The notes below the pieces were generated by a model. It was not told where the DNA came from. It ran no database searches and was given only the letters and a program-made list of their open reading frames with translations. DNA of 60,178 nt, the filler included, from Sphacelaria rigidula (lineage: Eukaryota), in NCBI GenBank assembly GCA_964200075.2. It is 5 parts of 5 records of this genome, joined end to end, with 100 filler letters (N's around TTAATTAATTAA, not from the genome) between each part and the next. Parts side by side here need not be neighbours in the genome. Positions count along the whole stretch, not along the records: positions 12,057 to 24,012 come from CAXNAA020004291.1; positions 24,113 to 36,068 come from CAXNAA020004292.1; 3 more parts are not named here. One strand, written 5' to 3'. Positions 14,365 to 24,769 of this stretch are shown one piece after another. The position numbers and the translations under genes were made by a program. Numbering within the stretch: the first letter of the stretch is position 1; each line of letters opens with the position of its first letter.

Positions 14365-14583
14365 AGTCATCGCTCTCCTTATCGTCCTTGCTCTCCTTAT
14401 CGTCCTTGCTGTCCTTGTCGTCCTTGCTGTCCTTGTCGTCGTTATTCTTCTTGCCGCTCCCCCTCCTCTTGCCACCCCTCCTCTTGCAGCAGTCGCGCTT
14501 GTCGCAGTCACCGTCGCATGTGATATCACCACCGACATATTTCCACCCCTTGGGACAGCGGTAGTCGCGGCACTTCTCGTCCT
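14365..14583 (-). CDS. Last module exon: divergent six-Cys module plus K/R/G and DKDSK/DKESK tail
   Basis: CAG acceptor at 14584-14586; EDEKCRDYRCPKGWKYVGGDITCDGDCDKRDCCKRRGGKRRGSGKKNNDDKDSKDDKDSKDDKESKDDKESDD; GTAAGT donor at 14364, or an in-frame TGA shortly after if unspliced. Confidence 0.8.
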
Positions 14584-17500
14584 CTGCCGCGGCCAGACGG
14601 AATCACACGTACACCCGATGGGAGGACTTTCAATCTAGCAATGCTCCCGACTCAACAGTGTTTGCAACTAGTCTGCACTGTACAAACTCCCGACAACAGA
14701 TGTTACGTCCTGAGTCTAGCTTGTGGCGGCGCCAAACCCGGCCTGAGGGGTATTTAAACGGGGTCACGTGAATATCATGCTTGATTATATCGACGGCTTC
14801 TGCAGGCACTGGTTCTTCCAGACAGCTTGCCTTTCTCGCAGCATTCGCGCTTGTCGCACTTGCCGCGGCACTCCTTGTTACCGCGGTTCAGGAAGCCGCT
14901 GGGGCAGGTGAAGTTGTCCTTGCACGTCTTCACCTCTGCGACGGACACGGCAGGTAAAGCGCGAATGTGGTCGTCGCGTCAAGTAACAGCCTTACACTGC
15001 AGAGGAACAGGGCAAGCGGGAATTGAGTTTTATATTGTTTCACCTCTGCCTCAAGTGGAAACACCCAAACCGTGTTTATTCTTCATTTTCACTGGTAATA
15101 CCAGGCGCCCAAACATGCATGGCACGTGGTTGAACCGTTGTCCACGACATCTCTGGAGTTGTCAGTAGACCACGATGTGGCGGCGGGTTGCACGCTAGCG
15201 GCTTCAAATCTTGGATGTTTGGCTCAAGATACCTCAAGATATGAAATCGTGTAAAACATCATTCGCCGGACAGATGCATACATGTACATGTATATATATA
15301 TATATATACTGGCCCGATTTTTTTAAACGTCGGTCCTGAGATGTTTGATTTACGATGCGGTCCCCAAAGCTCGCCGTCCTCTCGCGCATTACAGGCTGGA
15401 GGAATCACATCCTCCATATACTCCTAGTGCTCCTCAGGTTGAAACGTTGAAATGTGTTGCTCAAACATTCGTTCACGTTGGTGACAGGCCGAGAACAGTC
15501 CGGGCGGGCCGAAATATGTCGTACTTCGCCCCTATTCTGGGCGGGATATCGACACAAATGGTTAATTTTGATTGTTCATCACCGGCAGCGTCGCGGCCTT
15601 TGCAGGAGTAAAGGACGACGGCTGCTCATTCCGATGTTTGAGAGGTCGAGCTCCCCGGTATCGTCGTCGGGTACGCAGGGCCAACCCCATAGCGCTCAGT
15701 AGGCGGGTCTAGAATTCCTTTTTTTTGCACCCTTGATTTTCCTGGCGCATGGTCAGCACCCTCTCCGCCGCCTTGGCGTAACGGCGGTCCATCGATACTC
15801 CGGCGTATCGATCACGACTTGGTGGGGTGTGCACCGAGACTCCATCGCGGTTGTGGTTGATAGTGATTCAACGTCGAGCATCTTACAAAAAGCGTCACGT
15901 AGGGTCCCCGCTCTTAGTTGCACGTGTTCCGTGAGTTCGACCCGAGCGACATCGCTGTCGCTGCACCCGACCTTTATTGGGAAAAACGAAAACTCAACAA
16001 GCCTTGAGTTTGGCCATTTTCGTCCTAGATATCGTCGGCATCAACGACTCTGTTATATTTTCGCTTTGAGTCTCTCCACTACTCCATATTTTCAACAAAC
16101 CGAACTTTCGCATTTTGGCCTCCTCCGTTAGGGAGGTACTCACAGGGCAGAGGAAGTATATCGTCGAAATCCACTCATGGTCTTTTAGGCCAGAGTGTGT
16201 TTGATGAGTCTCGAGATTGAGCGATGCGTCTGCACCGACGCGAGAGATGCACGAGTCGCCACGTCACGTACACACGGAGACGGGGCCCGAAGAAACCTCG
16301 ATCACAACTGCAGATTGTACGCCTTCAAGACACTCACCCTTCTCGCAACATTCACGTTGGTCGCACTTGCCGCGGCAATCCTTTTCACCGCGGTTCAGGA
16401 AGCCGCGGGGGCAGACGAAGTCATCCTTGCACGTCTTCACCTCTGCGGCGGACACGGCAGCCAACGTACGAGTTTCGTCGTCGCATTCGAGTAAAATGGC
16501 ATGCTACGCAGCATCTTCAATGATACGATGTTGATTGTTCCTCTTCACGGTGTACCGATACTGATCAGATTCACCTCATCACGCTATTTACTTCTACGCC
16601 ATTTTGTCACATGCAAAACCAGCACGTTGTACCGAGCTCTACTGTGCTCTAGACTAGAGTTATTGCTTCCTCCAAATACTTACCCTTCTCGCAGCATTCA
16701 CGTCTGTCACACTTGCCGCGGCACTCCTTATCACCGACGTTCAGGAATCCGCTGGGGCACGTAAAGTCGTCCTTGCATGTTTTCACCTCTGCGGAGGGCG
16801 TTGTAATGCGTGAGAGGACCGCGTGCTTAGAGGATCGCATCGGAATTAAAACACCCCTATGGTTAGGCTTAGGGGTAGGGTTAGGGCTAGTGTTGGGGTT
16901 GGGGTCAGGGGCGTGGTCCCTGCAGGGACTGGCCCGATTGTATTCGAACGAACGTCGATCCTGATGTGCTTTGGACCACGATGCGGTCCTCTAAGCACAC
17001 GGTTCTCTCACGCATTACAGCGTGGAAGCTTATGAATGAGTGTCGTCTTTGCATTCGGGCAACACACGACATGCTACGCAACACAAGGAGATGGTGTTGA
17101 TTAATCCACTTTTACCGTGACCCGATTTCATCTCTAAGAACACGGCAGCCGACGGATGGATGTCGCAATCGTGTTCGGGCAACAGTCAACATACATACTG
17201 TGCATGACTTTCAACTATAGGCGATGGATCGCAGTGAGTTGCGGAGTACCGATACGTTTGCCAGAGAGTATCGCACGTCATTATTGTTCCACACAACAGC
17301 TGCCGATCTTGTTGCACTTGCACCGCCCGAAGGGCTTACATCACCGTCACTGCAGCAAACGAGATCCTACGATAAGACAGGGAGCGTGACACAGTCTCAA
17401 CTCGTGGTGACGGACCTCCTGGTGGGTAAAAAGCATTGCAGAATGCATCGGAAGCGTGCGTCGCATGTTGATACCTAGAGCTTTCGCATGGATGTCTCTG

Positions 17501-20500
17501 GTTGCAGCGACGTAGTAACGAGCGACTGTACCGTCACGGTCATCGTGACCGTGAACGTTGATTGTCCTGGGTGTTGTTGCTTCTTATCTCAAGAACGTGT
17601 TGAGGCGATTGCCGAAATTTCAGACTTTCTCGTTCTTTTTATTTGTCGATAATGAAGGTCCTGACTCAAACTCCGTCATGTTTCGCACTACAGGCAGGTG
17701 TGATTGAGCTTGATGCGCTGTCGAACGCACCCAAAGCGAATGCCAGCCAAGCCTGCAGGCATTGCCTTCTCCAGGCACTCACCCTTTTCGCAACATTCAT
17801 CCTTGTCGCACTCATCACGGCACTCCTTGTCACCGAGGTTCAGGAAGCCGCTGGGGCACGTGTAGTCGTCCTTGCATGTTTTCACCTCTGCGCAGGACAC
17901 GGCAGCAGTGACGTGTTCTTTGAACGGCTTGCGGTAACTGGTTTGTCGCACGATGTATCAGTACGATTGTGACGGGCGATACGCACACGCTTCTTGGCTT
18001 GGGCGGCACCTGTTTGAGATGAGCTTGACTCTTCAACCGCCCGTGCGGATTGCTCTGACATTGCGGGCAACTCGAATCACTCTCTGAACGATGGCCATCA
18101 TGTTGGAAAAGCTCGAGTGGTGTGGCACTGTCTTTTGGGACAGACCGATTACTGCCGCACTGGACAGCAGTGTATGGCAAAGGTGCACAGTGGTCGGTAG
18201 ACACCCTTACTTCTGCAGCAAAAGATGAATACACGGTCTCTTTACAAAGCAAAGTTGAACGAAACGAAGGAAAGAAGCAGCATTGAGGACCGAGGTGACC
18301 GAGCCCAAGCATCCTCAATTCTGGAACGAAAAGCCAAGTCCGTACACGTACGAATATGAAACGGCACCACATGCTTCGTGTCTTCCTTGCATTGTCACAA
18401 GTTGTACCGCTATTTGCTGGAGAGCCGAAATCCAAAACATGGAACATACAGCCAGGCTACAGGAATTCCAAACACATCACGTGCTAGGACGGGAGCGCCG
18501 TGCTATGCCCCATTGTGACGGCTCACGTGCTGGCCACGGAGACTAATGCACGACTGTACACCAGAATAAGTTCAAAAAACAAATCCAACTTTTCAGCCAA
18601 CCTCTTCGATCGTATCGAAAGCGATTGTGCACTACAGCTGCAGGTATTTATTCCTCGTTCCAGACACTCACCCTTCTCGCAACATTCGCGCTTGTCGCAC
18701 TTGCCGCGGCACTCCTTGTTACCGCGGTTTAGGAAGCCGCTGGGGCAGGTGAAGTCATCCTTGCACGTCTTCACCTCTGCGACGGATGCGGCAGGTATCG
18801 AACGAGTGTGTTGTCACGGGTTTTGAGTAACAGCGACATATTTTCATGGATGTATGACAACTTGTGTTCCAATTTACTAGCAAAAAAGCTGAGGACAATG
18901 TTACACTCACGATGACCATCAATTGCCAGCTACAGAAGTTGCGGTGTGTACTAAGCTTACTGCACAGTCGGGCGTATCCAAAGCGAACACCGGCCAAGAC
19001 TGTATGTATTGCTTCCTCGAAGTACTCACCTTTCTCGCAACACTCGCGCTTGTCGCACTCGCCGCGGCACTCCTTGTCACCGACGTTCAGGAAGCCCCTG
19101 GGGCACGTGTAGTCGTCCTTGCACGTCTTCACCTCTGAGAATAAAATGGGAGGTAGCAAGAGAACGCCATCGTCGCGTCAAGTAACAGCCGCAAACTACG
19201 GAGGAACAGGCGAAGCAAGAATGAATCTTTTTCTTGCTTCACCTCTGCTTCTAGTGGGAACACGCAACACATGTTTTTTCTCATTGTTCACTGGTCATTA
19301 TAAAACGCGTACAAATCTGCATGACATATGATCATGGCAAAGTTACAGCGGGGCCCCAGGTAGTCTGGTAAAGCCTGGCTTTTTGTCGCCAAGTCGAGGT
19401 CGCGATCGGGACGAATGGGTCATCGGGATTAAGAGATACCTTGCACCGACGCAAGGGATGCACTACTCGCCATTCCACATCCGCAAAGAACGAATGATTC
19501 CCAGTTTTTCGTCCAACGTTTTCGGTTGCATTCAAATCAAATGTCGATTACGACAGCTGGCATCGGATCCTCCGAACACTCACCTTTCTCGCAACATTCG
19601 CGCTGGTCGCACTTGCCGCTACACTCCCTGTCGCCGCGGTTCAGATACCCGCGGGGGCAGGTGAAGTCGTCTTTGCATGTCTTCACCTCTGCGAAGAACA
19701 CGGCAGCCGACGGATGGATGTCACCATGGCGTTCGAGCTACAGTAACATATTGTGCATGAGTTCCACAGATGTACGGTGGATCGCTCCATTGTGCCTCTG
19801 TGCCGTGCACCGATACGTTCGACAGGGACTATCGCACGGCATTGTTGTTCCACGAGAGTACTGCCGTTGGTACTGCGCTTTAGCCCCCCCCGGGGTCTAC
19901 ACCACAGTCACAGCGTCAGACGCCTGATCCCACGGTTTGGCGGGGAGTTTTGCACGATCTCAATCCGTTATTTTGGTGTACCAGCAAAAACGCTCGGGAC
20001 AATCAACGGTTACACAGCCATGATGACAATAAACGACCTACAGAACCCGCAGTGAGTAGCGAGCGCCCTGTGCTGGCGTATCTATAGCGAAACCTTGCCA
20101 ATAGTTGGGGTATTGCGTTCACCATTTCCTCACCTTTCTCGCAACATTCGCGCTTGTCACATTCGTCGCGGCACTTCTTGTCACCGACGTTCAAAAAGCC
20201 GCTTGGGCACGTGTAGCCGTCCTTGCACGTCTTCACCTCTGCGGCGGACACGACGGTTATCACGAATATTATCTTGGCGTGAAGTATCAACTGTACACCA
20301 CGGGAGAAAAAGCCATGTCGGAGTAACGCTTCGTGTTGTTGTGCTTCTGATCTGTAGAGAACACCCAAAGGAATGTGCATACAGCCATGTTTTGATATAT
20401 AGTTCATAGCGGTATCGATGTTCAAGCCGAAGATCTCTGGCGATGCTCGGCTCTCCGTGTCCAAGTCAAGGTCGTGATCAGGGGGACTGATTCAAAGAGA

Positions 20501-23391
20501 ACACGGCTCCCGCAGTTGAGAATTGAAGTGTAGACCCGTTTACGCCGACCGCTCCGGAGGGCACGACTTTGAATCGAGAACCTGCAGTATATTGACTCCA
20601 TCGTGATCTAGAAATGCATGTCGGTATATATGTATATTTACTTCCTGTCCCACACGCGGGTTTCAACAAATGTCCGACTGTTCCGTGTTTCTCAGTTCGA
20701 AAGGTTTCCCTGTTTTCCTCACGCACGCCTTAACGTAGGCGAGGGGCCGAAATCAATATTGGGCCCCCGAAAATTGTCGTACTTCGCCCGATTCCGGGAG
20801 GAAAACGACACAACCGGCCCCTTCTACTTGTTGATCGTGAGCAGGACCGCGGCCGTTGTTGGAGTGAACAACGACGGCCGCTCAGTCCGATACTTGTATG
20901 GGAAGTCGAGCTCCCCGGTGTCGCCAATTTGAGATATGCATTTCTCCACCGTTTCGTCGGGTACTCGGGATCGATTGTGTAGCGCTCAGTGATCGTGCCT
21001 GGCATTCCGTGTGGCACCCTTGAGTTTCCTGGCGCAATGACCGGCGCTGTCTCCACCGCCATAGCGTATCGGCGGCCCATCGATACGCCGGCGCTCCGTT
21101 AGTAATTTTGGCAACAATACCTTCGTTTTATTTTTGCGGCGAGCACCTTCATGACTCCACATTTTCAACGAACCTATCTTCGATATGGTAACAACCTCCG
21201 CTCGGGGGGTACTGACGGAACAGAGGAAGTATCGCAATCTCCCATCTTCACTCATGGTCATTTTGCGCCAGAGTTAATGTTTGATGGATCTCGAGATTGA
21301 GCGATGCGCCGACACCGATGCAAGGGGTGTACGGGTTGCCATATCACTCACACAGCAGCGTACGGTGCAACCGATATCCTAGCCAACTTCTTCAATCGCA
21401 TTCCAATCTGACGTCAATCGCGACTGCAAATATCACTTCTTCAAGGCACTCACCTTTCTCACAACACTCGCGTTGGTCGCACTTTCCGCGGCACTCCTTG
21501 TCGCCGCGGTTCAGGAAGCCGCGGGGGCAGACGAAGTCATCCTTGCATATCTTCACCTCTGCATCACAAACGGTAGCCGATAGCTGAATGTCGTCGTGAC
21601 ATCCGAGCAAGAATTACATGCTATGCCAGACCTTCACAATGATGTGATGTTGACTGTTTCTCTTTCCGGTGTACCGATACGCGTCTCATGTCCTCCAACT
21701 GATCACGTTATTTACTCCACCACGCCGTTTCGGCACATGCATGACCTGCACGTTGTACCGAGCTCTACTGTCCCGTAGACTTTCTCATTCTCACTTCACA
21801 TGAAACTTGTAACAACTACGTGGGCCAGCTGCTTCGAACGTGTCAGTGCCGATGACAAACTTGGAGGTATTGTTTACCCTAGATACTCACCCTTCTCGCA
21901 ACATTCGCGCTTGTCGCACTTGCCGCTACACTCCTTGTCACCGAGGTTCAGGAAGCCGCTCGGGCAGGTGTAGTCGTCCTTGCATGTCTTCACCTCTGCG
22001 GCGGACACGGCAGCAGTGACATTTTTCAGATGACTTGCGGTAGCTGGTTTATGGCACGCGTGATCTGCAGTTTGCATAGAGCTTACTTCTTCGACCGCTC
22101 ATGCTGGATTACTCCGACTTCGCAGGCAACTCGACCCATTCTTCGATCGCCGGCGTGCTTCACCACACCGTGATGGCCAGCGTACTGGCTACGGTGACTA
22201 GTGCATGACAACTCGTGATGCGTGGCACTACAGCGTCGGCACAGCATTTTCAATGTATTTGTAGGGTGGCTGCGGCAGAAACACTCAAAGCGCGAAGTTC
22301 GCGTCCGGCCAGGGGCCAGGGCGGCGACAAGAGGGTCCCCGCTATCGTCATGGTCGTTGTGCTCCATGTAAACCTTCGAAATGATGGCGAACTATTCCGA
22401 AATGCTACCCAATCTATTCGACCGTATCCAACCCGATTGTACACTACAGCTATGCAGGTATCGCTCCTATCAGACACTCACCCTTTTCGCAGCATTCGCG
22501 CTGGTCGCACTTCCCACGGCACTCCTTTTCACCGAGGTTGAGGTAGCCGCGGGGGCACTTGAAGTCGTCCTTGCATGTCTCTTTCTCTGTAAGGGTCAGT
22601 TGACATCAATGAATCATCACACGCGTTGTTTCGTTTTGCCGAACCTTCCACAGACTGAAGTTCGGCCATTCACAACCACAATCGTGGTCGACGGCACAAA
22701 TGCGACTGCATTGTTGTACACGTCAGTTGGCGTGGGCGATACTTCTTCAACACGTCGTACCCCATCGACAACAGCGGGGCTACGTGTGCACTGTCTGTGC
22801 ACTGCAACTCTACGCAATACTTCCTGAAGACACTCACCCTTCTCGCAACATTCGCGCTTGTCGCACTTGCCGCGGCACTCCTTGTCACCGAGGTTCAGGA
22901 AGCCGCTGGGGCAGGTGAAGTCGTCCTTGCAAGTCTTCACCTCTGCGACGGACACGCCAACGGGTGGGTGTCGTCATCGCGCCGAAGCAACGTTCAAGGG
23001 TAATGGGCCACTTTAATCGCCGAGAATGCACCGGTGAAACTTAGGGTTCTTCACCTCGACACACTTATACGTCTACGCTCGCAGGCACTGGGATTGCCAT
23101 TTGGTGAAATCTTACCAATGCCATGTCATATTGCTCGTGTCGAACGTACTGCGCCATGTCCGCGGCCACCAACTTCTTGTCAACAGCGAAAACAATACTA
23201 CACCAGGTTTTCATACCACGTCTACATCAAGGGCAAATGATATCGACTACAGTCGAAGGTAGATATTGCTCCTTTCGGATACTCACCCTTCTCGCAACAT
23301 TCGCGCTGATCACACTTGCCGCTGCACTCCTTGTCACCCCGGTTGAGGTAGCCGTCAGGGCACTTGAAGTCGTCCTTGCACGTCTCTTTTT
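14365..23391 (-). CDS. Cysteine-rich tandem-module protein encoded by an array of 13 x 105-nt exons plus a divergent last module (5' end not found in contig)
   Basis: 13 exons, each bounded by CAG and GTRAG (one GC donor), all 105 nt, phase 1-1 and open in the same frame; consensus EVKTCKDDFTCPSGFLNRGDKECRGKCDKRECCEK. Spliced together they give at least 528 aa with 84 Cys. Confidence 0.9.
14831..14935 (-). CDS. Cys-module exon 13 of 13 (RGN loop)
   Basis: EVKTCKDNFTCPSGFLNRGNKECRGKCDKRECCEK; CAG acceptor; non-canonical GCAAGC donor. Confidence 0.8.
15308..15394. mobile_element. Partial (right-half) copy of the MITE at 16799-17022
   Basis: actggcccgatt...cgatgcggtcc...cgcattacag matches 16928-17020; preceded by a (TA)n run. 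Confidence 0.7.
16338..16442 (-). CDS. Cys-module exon 12 (RGE loop)
   Basis: EVKTCKDDFVCPRGFLNRGEKDCRGKCDQRECCEK; CAG/GTGAGT. Confidence 0.9.
16684..16788 (-). CDS. Cys-module exon 11 (VGD loop)
   Basis: EVKTCKDDFTCPSGFLNVGDKECRGKCDRRECCEK; CAG/GTAAGT. Confidence 0.85.
16799..17022. mobile_element. MITE with ~43-bp imperfect TIRs and an internal telomere-like G-rich tract
   Basis: Left cgttgtaatgcgtgagaggaccgcgtgcttagaggatcgcatcg is the near reverse complement of right cgatgcggtcctctaagcacacggttctctcacgcattacagcg; internal ggttaggcttaggggtagggttaggg. Confidence 0.85.
17783..17887 (-). CDS. Cys-module exon 10 (LGD loop)
   Basis: EVKTCKDDYTCPSGFLNLGDKECRDECDKDECCEK; CAG/GTGAGT. Confidence 0.9.
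18672..18776 (-). CDS. Cys-module exon 9 (RGN loop)
   Basis: EVKTCKDDFTCPSGFLNRGNKECRGKCDKRECCEK; CAG/GTGAGT. Confidence 0.9.
19030..19134 (-). CDS. Cys-module exon 8 (VGD loop)
   Basis: EVKTCKDDYTCPRGFLNVGDKECRGECDKRECCEK; CAG/GTGAGT. Confidence 0.9.
19584..19688 (-). CDS. Cys-module exon 7 (RGD loop)
   Basis: EVKTCKDDFTCPRGYLNRGDRECSGKCDQRECCEK; CAG/GTGAGT. Confidence 0.9.
20134..20238 (-). CDS. Cys-module exon 6 (VGD loop)
   Basis: EVKTCKDGYTCPSGFLNVGDKKCRDECDKRECCEK; CAG/GTGAGG. Confidence 0.9.
21454..21558 (-). CDS. Cys-module exon 5 (RGD loop)
   Basis: EVKICKDDFVCPRGFLNRGDKECRGKCDQRECCEK; CAG/GTGAGT. Confidence 0.9.
21891..21995 (-). CDS. Cys-module exon 4 (LGD loop)
   Basis: EVKTCKDDYTCPSGFLNLGDKECSGKCDKRECCEK; CAG/GTGAGT. 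Confidence 0.9.
22482..22586 (-). CDS. Cys-module exon 3 (LGE loop, EKET-type start)
   Basis: EKETCKDDFKCPRGYLNLGEKECRGKCDQRECCEK; CAG/GTGAGT. Confidence 0.9.
22838..22942 (-). CDS. Cys-module exon 2 (LGD loop)
   Basis: EVKTCKDDFTCPSGFLNLGDKECRGKCDKRECCEK; CAG/GTGAGT. Confidence 0.9.
23287..23391 (-). CDS. Cys-module exon 1 in this contig (RGD loop, KET-type start)
   Basis: xKETCKDDFKCPDGYLNRGDKECSGKCDQRECCEK; CAG/GTGAGT. Confidence 0.9.
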
Positions 23392-24012
23392 CTGTGACGA
23401 CCAAATAAGCGACATCAAATGAATCACGTCGGGAGAACAAGAAAGGGTTGGCGGGAGAGAGTGGGTTCCGGTTTGCAGATCTGTACACATCACCTGATTC
23501 CAGCGCGGATTCGCCAACAACTCGAGTCTAGTACGAATTCCACTCAAGCACAGCACGGTCAGATAGAAGCATCATGCGCGGAAGCGTTCGCGGGTCGAAT
23601 ACAAAATGTGTTTACTGGCACTGAACTTGTCCCATCTCTCCACCAACGGCCTCGTCTAAACGTTCCCAGGTGACATATACTCCCTCCAAAAAAGCGCGAC
23701 ACAAAAGAGGGTTGATCCCGGGGGAGATTCCACTCAACTTATCCTCACGTCCGCCTGGGTGGCTGAACAAAATTCAAAGCGGTACAAAACTCTGCAAGGG
23801 CCAGCGGGTGGCAAGACACCCCTCGGTCGGAGTCTCTGCTCTTGTGTAACCCAGGACATTTTATGTGATGGAAAAGGGGGACCGTTTTTTCAGAGGAACA
23901 CTCTATCCTATCAAAATCGCGGATCCGCCCACCAAGAGTATGGACATCGCCTTTTCAAAACGTTGCACGTAAATGTAAACAGCGGAAGAGTGATCCTACG
24001 ATAGGGGCGTAT

Positions 24013-24112
24013 NNNNNNNNNNNNNNNNNNNNNNNNNNNNNNNNNNNNNNNNNNNNTTAATTAATTAANNNNNNNNNNNNNNNNNNNNNNNNNNNNNNNN
24101 NNNNNNNNNNNN
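24013..24112. other. Artificial contig linker
   Basis: N44-TTAATTAATTAA-N44. Confidence 0.99.
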
Positions 24113-24769
24113 GCTTCTAACGTTGTAGTTAGATCGTTATCCGTAAATTGTTGTCATGTTGACATCAACTGTGCTTTCCTTCATCCACAGTCCTTCACAT
24201 TTCCGGCTCCGATGTGGTTCTCAATTCAACTCGAGACGTGAGTCTACATGAACTGAAGACCTTGGATTTCAAGATTTTAATCGAACGGCTTTCGATCGTC
24301 GCTCTTTCGTGCAGCTTTCAAGCAACCGCAACAACGTTGCACCCGTTTACACGACAGGTGTTCATCTACACGCCACAAACTTCTCCCACCAAATCTGTCC
24401 TCCTTCTTTCCAACATCACCGTCACTCTTCGTAACATTTCTCACCAGTCTCAACGTCATGAGACTACAGTACACCGAAGGACGAGGGGGCCGTAGGCCCC
24501 CGCGTCCGAAGCCCTTGTATATATATAAATATTGCCACACGAATAGGTGTTGTGACTGTTCGTTTCCGTCGTGTATTGTGCGTCCAATATATATTGGACA
24601 CATTGACGAACTCCGATATGTTGCCTGAAACGTTGTAGCGTGGACTTCTTGAGCCCGGGATCCAAACAATCCACATTCCCCCTTGCTGTTGGCTGCCTGC
24701 TGAGCGCACAAAATTGAAGATTGGTATACAGGCCCCACACGTGGGCTGAAGACTAGGTGCATCGCACGT

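Noticed and set aside
11069-14583. Fusion of the Cys-module array to the kinase/coiled-coil gene as a receptor kinase
   Set aside because: They are on different contigs separated by an artificial linker, and no TM or catalytic exons lie between them.
14342-14638. Plus-strand ORF with apparent signal peptide or TM (IVLALLIVLAVLVV)
   Set aside because: Antisense shadow of the DKDSK repeat exon.
16861-16910. Telomere or chromosome end
   Set aside because: Short, degenerate and enclosed within MITE TIRs inside an intron.
14831-23391. The 105-nt repeats as a non-coding dispersed repeat or CRISPR-like array
   Set aside because: Conservation drops at AG/GT splice signals, the frame is always open and all six Cys codons are kept, which indicates coding exons.
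23678-23705. TACTCCCTCC Stowaway/mariner-like terminus
   Set aside because: No matching inverted end found before the contig ends.
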